Shown here piece by piece: positions 52,437-64,000 of a stretch of 64,000 nucleotides of DNA. The stretch's first letter is position 1; the number at the start of each line of letters is the position of its first letter. Origin of the DNA: an uncultured Acidobacteriota bacterium (GTDB lineage: Bacteria; Acidobacteriota; Terriglobia; UBA7540); the NCBI GenBank assembly GCA_963804995.1, contig CAWDSK010000005.1, forward strand, positions 32,001-96,000, written 5' to 3'. The position numbers were made by a program, and so were the translations under genes. The notes below the pieces were generated by a model. That model was not told where the DNA came from. It saw nothing but the letters and a program-made list of their open reading frames with translations, and made no database searches.

Positions 52437-55400
52437 ATGCCTAACGGCGGGAACGGCGCTGTCCGTCAGCGTATTAATTTCTCCAAAATTCCAACCGTCA
52501 TTAAAATCCCCAATCTGATTGAGGTCCAACGGCGCTCGTACGAACGCTTTTTGCAGATGAACCTCCTTCCCTCGGAACGGGAGGATGTGGGCCTGCAAGC
52601 CGTCTTCAACTCGGTTTTCCCGATCACGGACTTCCGCGGCATCGCGCAATTGGACTTCGTGGATTACTCCATCGGCAATTGGGAGTGCAAGTGCGGAAGC
52701 CTGAAGGGGCTCCACCACCTGCGCAGCACTTGTAAGAACTGCGGGCACACGGTTATTACCGATCCCTTCAAGGTGGGCGACGTCCTCTGCACGAAATGCG
52801 GAACGTTCAATAAGAACGTGGTGACGTTCTGTAACAAGTGCGGCGACCCGGTGGCTCTGCAGTTGAAATACGACGTTACGGAATGCCAGGAGCGCGGCAT
52901 GACCTTTGCGGCGCCCCTCAAGGTCACCATCCGCCTTACCCTGTACGACAAGGATGCGGATACCGGCCACAAGAACATCCGCGACATCAAGGAACAGGAA
53001 GTTTACTTTGGTGAAATCCCCTTGATGACGGAGAACGGCACGTTTATCATCAACGGCACGGAGCGTGTCATCGTCAGCCAGCTCCACCGTTCGCCGGGCG
53101 TTTTCTTTGAATCCAGCGCGCAGAAGACTTACTTCCTCGGCAAGATCATCCCTTACCGGGGCTCGTGGGTGGAATTCGAATACGACACCAAGAACCTTCT
53201 CTACGTGCGCATTGACCGGAAACGCAAATTTCTGGCCACCATTTTCCTGCGCGCTCTGGGATTGAAGAACGATTCCGAAATCCTCAAGACCTTTTACCAG
53301 GTCGAGAAGATTTCGCTTAAAGACCGCAAGCTCTTCATGGAGCCTTCGGAAGGCTTGGTCGGGAACAGAATTTCCAAGGATATCAACCATCCGCGCACCC
53401 ACGAGACCCTGGCGCATGCCGGAAAGAAGATCACCGCCGCGGTCTTCAAGGAAATCCAGAAGGCCAAAGTCGCACAGGTGGAAGTGGCATCGCATGATCT
53501 GGAGGGAGCCTTCGCCGCCACGGACATCGTTGATCCCTCGACCGGCGAGGTCCTGCTCGAATCCAACAGCGAAATCACCTCCACCGCCTTGAACAGCATC
53601 CTGGATTCGCAGATTACGGAACTGCAAGTGTTCTTCCCGGAGCGCGACGACACGGGCGTGACGATCGGCCAGACCTTGAAGCGCGACACCTTGAAGACCT
53701 CCCAGGAAGCGCTGATTGAAATGTATCGCAAGATGCGGCCGGGCGACCCGCCGACGCTGGACACCGCAACCTCCCTCTTCAACGGGATGTTCTTCGATCC
53801 ACGCAAGTACGATTTCTCCCGGGTCGGCAGGTTGAAATTCAACATCAAGCTTGGGTATTACACCAAGCTCAAGAATCGGCTGGATGATAAGGCAACGGAA
53901 TTTGAGCTGGAAGAGTCCCGGAACTTTCCGCGCGCCAATTTTTACGTGATCGTGGACGAAGAGAAGATGTTCGTGGGAAAGCGCGAAGGGAACATCTGCT
54001 CTGAGGTCGTGCGCGCCTGCGAAGGCACGCTGGCCACCGACCACTCGGAACACTCCCCGGTGCAATTGCCGCTCAACAAGCGGACGCTGGAGCCGGAGGA
54101 TTTCTACGCGGCCATCCGCTACTTGCTGGTGCTTCGCAAAAACCCCGGCGGGATTTACTCCGTCGATGACATCGACCATTTGGGGAATCGCCGCGTGCGC
54201 GCGGTGGGCGAACTGCTTGAGAATCAGTTCCGCCTGGGCCTGGTGCGCATGGAACGGGCAATCAAAGAGAAGATGTCGGTTTACCAGGAAATGTCAACCG
54301 CCATGCCGCATGATCTGATCAATGCCAAGCCGGTTATGGCGGCTATCCGTGAGTTCTTCGGTTCTTCGCAGCTCTCCCAGTTCATGGATCAGACGAACCC
54401 GCTCTCCGAGATTACCCACAAGCGGCGCCTTTCAGCGCTTGGACCGGGTGGGCTTTCGCGCGAGCGCGCGGGATTCGAAGTGCGTGACGTGCACCCCACG
54501 CATTACGGCCGTATCTGCCCCATCGAGACGCCGGAAGGCCCGAACATCGGCCTGATTTCTTCCCTCTCTTGCTACGCTCGCATTAACGAGTACGGGTTCA
54601 TCGAAAGCCCCTATCGCAAAGTCCGCGGAGGGCGCGTGGTGGATTACGTCACCGTTACGCACGGCGGAGACGGTGAGTGGAAAGTCGGAGAGCACCTGGA
54701 ATCGAGCCAGGTGGAGAAGGCCAACGACGAACTGCGCGAGAAGAAGCGCAAGCTGGTGGAGCATGAGCCTTACTCGTTCTACCAGTCGGCGTGGGAAGAA
54801 GACCAATATGTGATCGCGCAGGCAAACGTCACCATCGACAACAAGGGCCGCATCGTTCACGAATTGGTGAACGCGCGGCAGGCCGGCAACTTTGTGCTCA
54901 AGCGTCGCGATGAGATTGATTACATCAACGTCAGCCCCAAGCAACTGGTTAGCGTGGCAGCATCGCTGATTCCGTTCCTTGAGAACGACGACGCCAACCG
55001 CGCGTTGATGGGTTCCAACATGCAGCGGCAATCGGTTCCCTTGCTGCGCGCCCAGGCGCCCCTGGTGGGCACGGGGATGGAAGAAGTCACGGCGCGCGAC
55101 TCCGGCGCCGTAGTCCTCTGCAAACGCAACGGCGTGGTGGATAGCGTGGATAGCGAGCGCATCATCGTGCGCGTGGAAGGCGACGGTCACAGCGGCCAGC
55201 TTTCCCGCGAAGTGGGCGCAGATATCTACCAGCTCATCAAGTTCCGCCGCTCGAACCAGAACACCTGCATTAACCAGAAGCCCATCGTCCACAAGGGGCA
55301 GCGGGTTCATGCCGGGCAGGTTCTGGCGGATGGTCCCTGCACGGACCGCGGCGAGCTGGCCCTGGGCCGCAACGTGCTGGTGGCCTTCATGCCCTGGCGC

Positions 55401-57095
55401 GGTTACAACTTTGAAGACGCCATCCTGGTCAGCGAAAAGCTGGTGAAAGAGGATTCCTATACCTCCATCCACATCGAGGAATTCGAAATCGAATCCCGCG
55501 ACACCAAGCTCGGACCCGAGGAAATCACGCGCGACATTCCGAATGTATCGGAGTCTTTGCTGAAAGACCTGGATGAGAGCGGCGTCATCCGCATCGGCGC
55601 TTACGTGAAGCCGGGCGACATCCTGGTGGGGAAGGTTACGCCCAAGGGTGAGACGCAGCTGACGCCGGAAGAGAAACTCTTGCGCGCGATCTTCGGCGAA
55701 AAGGCCGGCGATGTCCGGGACGCGTCACTCACGTGCCCTCCGGGAATTGAAGGCATTGTGGTGGACGTAAAAATCTTCTCCCGCAAGGGCACGGAAAAGG
55801 ACGAACGAGCCAAGTCTATTGAGGGCTCGCAGGTGGGTCGCCTGGAGAAAAACCTCAACGATGAAATCCGCATTCTTCAGGACGAACGCTTGAAGCGCCT
55901 CTGCGCGTTGCTGGAAGATGAGGAACTTCAGGCCGACCTGCACGATGAGAAGACTAACAAACGCCTGGTCGCCAAGGGCACCAAGCTTACGCGCGATGTG
56001 CTGGCGCGGATCTCAACGCGCAATCTGAAGCGCATGAGAATTGGCAAGAAGGACCCGACTCTCGTCGAAAAAATCGATGAGATCGAAGAGATGACTTCGC
56101 GCCAGATCGACATCCTGCGCAAAATCACCGATGAGAAGATCCAGAAGCTGAAGAAAGGCGATGAGCTTCCGCCCGGAGTCATCAAGCTGGTCAAAGTCTA
56201 TATCGCCATGAAGAGGAAGCTTTCCGTAGGCGATAAGATGGCCGGCCGGCATGGAAACAAGGGCGTCATCGCGCGCATCCTGCCGGAAGAAGATATGCCT
56301 TATATGCCGGATGGAACCCCCGTGGAGGTTGTGCTGAATCCCCTGGGCGTCCCTTCGCGTATGAACGTGGGGCAAATTCTGGAAACCCACCTGGGATGGG
56401 CGGCGCGGGAACTGGGGAATAAGATTCGCCAGCTCTTTACGGTGGAAGCCCGTGCGGAAATCCTGCGCAAGGAGATGAAAGGTTACTTCCGTAACAACGC
56501 CATGGCGGCGACCGTGGAGAATATGGACGACGAGCAGGTCATCGACTACGCACACGCCATGGTGGAGGGGATTCCCTTTTCCACCCCAGTGTTCGACGGC
56601 GCGACGGAACGGGAAATCAAGGAATACCTGGAAAAGGCGGGTCTGCCTTTGTCCGGCAAGATCAATCTTTTCGACGGCATGACGGGCGAGGGGTTCGAGC
56701 AGCCGGTGACGGTGGGGTACATCTACATGCTCAAGCTCTCCCACCTGGTGGACGATAAGATCCACGCTCGGTCGATTGGCCCCTACTCTCTCATTACCCA
56801 ACAACCTCTCGGAGGAAAGGCCCAATTCGGAGGGCAACGGTTCGGCGAAATGGAAGTGTGGGCCCTGGAAGCTTACGGTGCGGCCTACATCCTGCAAGAA
56901 TTGCTGACGGCGAAATCCGACGACGTTTACGGCCGCGCCAAGATTTACGAAGCCATCGTCAAAGGCGAGGCCGCCATTGAACCCGGCGTGCCTGAGTCGT
57001 TCAACGTGCTGGTGCGGGAGCTGCAAAGCCTCTGCCTCGACGTGGAACTGATCAAGAAGCCCAAGGAGCAACTCGCCCCTGTGGGCGCTGAGTAG
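52437..57095 (+). CDS. rpoB: RNA polymerase beta subunit (with lineage-specific insertions)
   Basis: [37 protein letters not shown]. Confidence 0.99.
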   Translation: MPNGGNGAVRQRINFSKIPTVIKIPNLIEVQRRSYERFLQMNLLPSEREDVGLQAVFNSVFPITDFRGIAQLDFVDYSIGNWECKCGSLKGLHHLRSTCKNCGHTVITDPFKVGDVLCTKCGTFNKNVVTFCNKCGDPVALQLKYDVTECQERGMTFAAPLKVTIRLTLYDKDADTGHKNIRDIKEQEVYFGEIPLMTENGTFIINGTERVIVSQLHRSPGVFFESSAQKTYFLGKIIPYRGSWVEFEYDTKNLLYVRIDRKRKFLATIFLRALGLKNDSEILKTFYQVEKISLKDRKLFMEPSEGLVGNRISKDINHPRTHETLAHAGKKITAAVFKEIQKAKVAQVEVASHDLEGAFAATDIVDPSTGEVLLESNSEITSTALNSILDSQITELQVFFPERDDTGVTIGQTLKRDTLKTSQEALIEMYRKMRPGDPPTLDTATSLFNGMFFDPRKYDFSRVGRLKFNIKLGYYTKLKNRLDDKATEFELEESRNFPRANFYVIVDEEKMFVGKREGNICSEVVRACEGTLATDHSEHSPVQLPLNKRTLEPEDFYAAIRYLLVLRKNPGGIYSVDDIDHLGNRRVRAVGELLENQFRLGLVRMERAIKEKMSVYQEMSTAMPHDLINAKPVMAAIREFFGSSQLSQFMDQTNPLSEITHKRRLSALGPGGLSRERAGFEVRDVHPTHYGRICPIETPEGPNIGLISSLSCYARINEYGFIESPYRKVRGGRVVDYVTVTHGGDGEWKVGEHLESSQVEKANDELREKKRKLVEHEPYSFYQSAWEEDQYVIAQANVTIDNKGRIVHELVNARQAGNFVLKRRDEIDYINVSPKQLVSVAASLIPFLENDDANRALMGSNMQRQSVPLLRAQAPLVGTGMEEVTARDSGAVVLCKRNGVVDSVDSERIIVRVEGDGHSGQLSREVGADIYQLIKFRRSNQNTCINQKPIVHKGQRVHAGQVLADGPCTDRGELALGRNVLVAFMPWRGYNFEDAILVSEKLVKEDSYTSIHIEEFEIESRDTKLGPEEITRDIPNVSESLLKDLDESGVIRIGAYVKPGDILVGKVTPKGETQLTPEEKLLRAIFGEKAGDVRDASLTCPPGIEGIVVDVKIFSRKGTEKDERAKSIEGSQVGRLEKNLNDEIRILQDERLKRLCALLEDEELQADLHDEKTNKRLVAKGTKLTRDVLARISTRNLKRMRIGKKDPTLVEKIDEIEEMTSRQIDILRKITDEKIQKLKKGDELPPGVIKLVKVYIAMKRKLSVGDKMAGRHGNKGVIARILPEEDMPYMPDGTPVEVVLNPLGVPSRMNVGQILETHLGWAARELGNKIRQLFTVEARAEILRKEMKGYFRNNAMAATVENMDDEQVIDYAHAMVEGIPFSTPVFDGATEREIKEYLEKAGLPLSGKINLFDGMTGEGFEQPVTVGYIYMLKLSHLVDDKIHARSIGPYSLITQQPLGGKAQFGGQRFGEMEVWALEAYGAAYILQELLTAKSDDVYGRAKIYEAIVKGEAAIEPGVPESFNVLVRELQSLCLDVELIKKPKEQLAPVGAE

Positions 57096-57196
57096 CAAGT
57101 GAGATGACGCGAGGCTGGAGTCCTGCCGCTCCAAACGCAGGCCGCCCGCGAGTATGAATTACAAAATTTTCTTCTCTCCTTCAAAGGAGGAAAACC

Positions 57197-61384
<4,188 letters not shown>

Positions 61385-61503
61385 GAGTTATCAACGGCCA
61401 GTTGTCTGCCCTTGGTGGAAGAACCGGAGGGCTGGCGGCTGGCCGTTTTTCTTTTCGGGGCGATTCGGAAACTTTGGTGCCGTTAACAGGCGACTGATTC
61501 GTG

Positions 61504-61803
61504 ATGATTTTTGCCTGCTGCAAATGCGGTAAGAGGATTGAGTACCCCGCCGGGAACCGCGTGCTTCGCGGCGACACCTGCCCCCAGTGCGACTCCAACC
61601 TGCGCTGCTGCCTTAATTGCCAGTTTTACGACCCCGGCAAACATAACCAGTGTGCGGAGACCCATGCAGAGTGGGTCCGCGATAAAGAATTCGCAAATTA
61701 TTGCGACTACTTCCAACCTAATCCTGTCCTGATGGCGCGCGCCGGCAGTCCCCCCCGCGCCGGCGACGCCAAGAAGAATTTCGATTCACTGCTCAAAGTT
61801 TAG
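61504..61803 (+). CDS. Small Cys-rich hypothetical protein
   Basis: CCKC...CPQC...CCLNC..YDP...C...ANYCDYF. Confidence 0.8.
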   Translation: MIFACCKCGKRIEYPAGNRVLRGDTCPQCDSNLRCCLNCQFYDPGKHNQCAETHAEWVRDKEFANYCDYFQPNPVLMARAGSPPRAGDAKKNFDSLLKV

Positions 61804-61828
61804 TCTGCCGCGACGTTGCTATTTCAGT

Positions 61829-63295
61829 TCAGGCAAGTGTGAAGCCGCCCGCCTCTTCAAACGCATGGGCGACTCTAAGCAGGCGGGTTTCGTCAAAGTG
61901 CTTGGCGAGGATTTGCATACCTACGGGCAAGTGCGGTTCACTTGGGGTCCTACCGCAGGGAACCGAGATCCCGGGTATGCCGGCAAGGCTGGCGGTGACA
62001 GTGTAAATATCTGCCAGGTACATCTGGAGGGGATCGTCTACGCGTTCGCCGAGCTTGAAGGCGGGAATCGGCGATGTGGGTGTTACGATGACGTCAACCT
62101 CATCAAAGGCTTCGATGAAATCGCGTGTAATAAGAGTTCGCACTCGCTGGGCTTTCAGATAGTAAGCATCATAATACCCGGAACTCAATACGTAAGTTCC
62201 CAGCATGATTCGGCGTTTTACCTCTGTGCCAAAGCCCCCATCGCGGGTTTTCCGGTACATGTCCTGCAAATCTTCCGGGTGAGGGTAGCGGAATCCGTAG
62301 CGGACGCCGTCGTAGCGTGCCAGGTTGGAGCTGGCCTCGGCGGTGCAGATGATGTAGTAGCATCCGACGGCATAGTCCGTATGTGGCAAGCTGATGGGAA
62401 CGATGCTGCAACCGAGCTTGCTGAACAGATCGATCCCCTTCTGTATATTATCCCCGATATCCGGGTTCAGTCCCTTGAGGTACTCGGTGGGAACTCCTAC
62501 GCGGATTCCCCGGATATCACCCGTGAGCCCTTTATCGTAATCGTCCACTGGGACGGGCGCGGAAGTCGAGTCCAGGGGGTCGTGGCCGGCAATAGTTTGA
62601 AGCACCAGGGCCACGTCGCGCACAGAACGCCCGAAGGGTCCGATGTGGTCGAGTGAGGAGGCAAAGGCCACTAATCCGTAGCGCGAGACCCGGCCGTAGG
62701 TTCCCATCATCCCCACCAGGTCGCAGAATGAGGCTGGCTGCCGGATGGAGCCGCCGGTGTCTGAGCCCAGTGCCACAGTGGCCAGGCGGGCGGCGACGGC
62801 CGCGGCCGACCCACCGCTCGAACCCCCCGGCACGCGAGTCAAATCGTGGGGATTGTGGGTGGGATAAAAACCGGAGTTTTCCGTAGAGGACCCCATGGCA
62901 AATTCGTCGCAATTCGTTTTGCCTAAGATGACGGCCCCGGCGCGTTCTAGTCTTTCGACGGCGGTCGCGTCGTAGGGTGCTACGAAATTCTCCAGGATCC
63001 TCGAGGCGCAGGTGGTGCGGGTGCCTCGGGTAAGGATGACATCCTTGACTGCGACGGGGACGCCCGCGAGGGGCGAGAGCGTCTCGCCAGCGGCAATCTT
63101 CTCGTCCACAAGTTTCGCCTGCGCGAGGGCCCGGTCCGGGGTCAGGCTGAGGTAGGCGCGGACCTCGGTATCCTTCTCTTCGATGCGCGCGAGGTGAGCC
63201 TGGGCGATTTCGACAGCAGTCGTCCGCCGGTTCTTAAGAAGGTCCTGGATCTGGCTAACCGTCAGTGTGGTAAAATCCATCTTGGTATGACTCAA
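61829..63295 (-). CDS. gatA: Asp/Glu-tRNA amidotransferase subunit A
   Basis: [42 protein letters not shown]. Confidence 0.98.
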   Translation of the reverse strand: MSHTKMDFTTLTVSQIQDLLKNRRTTAVEIAQAHLARIEEKDTEVRAYLSLTPDRALAQAKLVDEKIAAGETLSPLAGVPVAVKDVILTRGTRTTCASRILENFVAPYDATAVERLERAGAVILGKTNCDEFAMGSSTENSGFYPTHNPHDLTRVPGGSSGGSAAAVAARLATVALGSDTGGSIRQPASFCDLVGMMGTYGRVSRYGLVAFASSLDHIGPFGRSVRDVALVLQTIAGHDPLDSTSAPVPVDDYDKGLTGDIRGIRVGVPTEYLKGLNPDIGDNIQKGIDLFSKLGCSIVPISLPHTDYAVGCYYIICTAEASSNLARYDGVRYGFRYPHPEDLQDMYRKTRDGGFGTEVKRRIMLGTYVLSSGYYDAYYLKAQRVRTLITRDFIEAFDEVDVIVTPTSPIPAFKLGERVDDPLQMYLADIYTVTASLAGIPGISVPCGRTPSEPHLPVGMQILAKHFDETRLLRVAHAFEEAGGFTLA

Positions 63296-63355
63296 TAAGG
63301 TTTAGCCCACTGCCCTAGCCTGCTAGCCCCAGGGGCTTCGTGAGCGGCGCCGAGA

Positions 63356-63661
63356 CTATTCCTCTCGTTCGATTACGCGTGGCACCTTAAAACTTCCCGC
63401 ACCCTGCTCCGGAGCGTTGGCCAGAGCTTCATCCTGTGCGAAGGTCCTACGCGCCGTATCCGCCCGGAAGGAAGGCTTCTGGGAAGCAGGATAGGTGACC
63501 TGGGCCATCGGTTCGATTTCGGACGTGTCGAGTTCGTTCAGCTTCTCGACGTACTGCAGGATCGAATCCAGTTGTGGCAGAAATCTCTTTACCTCTTCCT
63601 CCGTGAGCTCCAGGTGAGCGAGGTCGGCGACGTAGCGAACGTCTTTTTCGGTCAAAGCCAT
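63356..63661 (-). CDS. gatC: Asp/Glu-tRNA amidotransferase subunit C
   Basis: VRYVADLAHL...ALANAP...FKVPRVI; upstream of gatA. Confidence 0.97.
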   Translation of the reverse strand: MALTEKDVRYVADLAHLELTEEEVKRFLPQLDSILQYVEKLNELDTSEIEPMAQVTYPASQKPSFRADTARRTFAQDEALANAPEQGAGSFKVPRVIEREE

Positions 63662-63670
63662 GGCTTAAAC

Positions 63671-64000
63671 TCATCTCCGCGGGCGCGTGAAGTATTTGGC
63701 ATACGAACTCGAGACGATGCGGGCGATTTCGGGATCGGGTATCGAATTTGTATCCACATCCGCTTCTTTGGGGTTAGGAGTACGGGTTGCCGCTTGGCGC
63801 GCTGGTCTGGCTGGAGGGTACAGACTGAGTTGGGCAACTTTCTTGATTCGCAACTTCTTTACAAGCGGCTGGCCCAGGAAGCTGTTGACCGTCGCGCGAA
63901 TCTCCTCGGCCATCTGCCGGAGCTGTGAACTCCAGTTAGGGCAATCCGTGGTAAGGGTCAAGACGCCGGATTCAAAAACCGCGGGCTGAGAATGCTCCGC
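63671..64000 (-). CDS. DUF721/DciA family protein, 5' end outside the window
   Basis: AEHSQP...GVLTLTTDCPNWSSQLRQMAEEIRATVNSFLG...VKKLRI. Confidence 0.75.
   Translation of the reverse strand, partial: AEHSQPAVFESGVLTLTTDCPNWSSQLRQMAEEIRATVNSFLGQPLVKKLRIKKVAQLSLYPPARPARQAATRTPNPKEADVDTNSIPDPEIARIVSSSYAKYFTRPRR

Noticed and set aside
52683..54070. Inteins in RpoB
   Set aside because: Insertions are short and lack the N-terminal C/S and C-terminal HN splice motifs.

Overview
GC-rich bacterial chromosomal segment, most likely Acidobacteriota/Terriglobia (ADOP-type duplicated permeases, BlaI/M56-TonB pair, Cys-rich RpoB insert). The left ~44 kb is accessory/housekeeping mix: a sigma54-type MFP + 2 ADOP permease + 2 ATPase operon, murJ, PfkB kinase, amidohydrolase, Flp pilin, MntR/DtxR + TonB-dependent receptor, rpsA-HU-HIT, MBL-PilZ, UvrC-like, PBP1A, IS1634, thiL and an M23 peptidase. 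The right ~20 kb is the tRNA(Thr-Tyr-Gly-Thr)-tuf-rpmG-tRNA(Trp)-secE-nusG-rplKAJL-rpoBC cluster, then gatA/gatC/dciA. Main observations: (1) a REP-associated tyrosine transposase (RAYT) locus with two alternating GTAG-REP families, where a complete endonuclease-less group II intron sits precisely inside a REP and carries an EBS1 complementary to it; (2) a HEPN gene plus an unrecognised ~290-aa gene inserted between tRNA-Thr and tuf; (3) a ~70-aa insertion in RpoB resembling a phage virion-protein module; (4) five single-base frameshifts, all at CYCGA, suggesting a methylation-linked long-read error rather than true pseudogenes; (5) several nested MITE/REP elements. All calls are from reading the sequence only; no searches were run.
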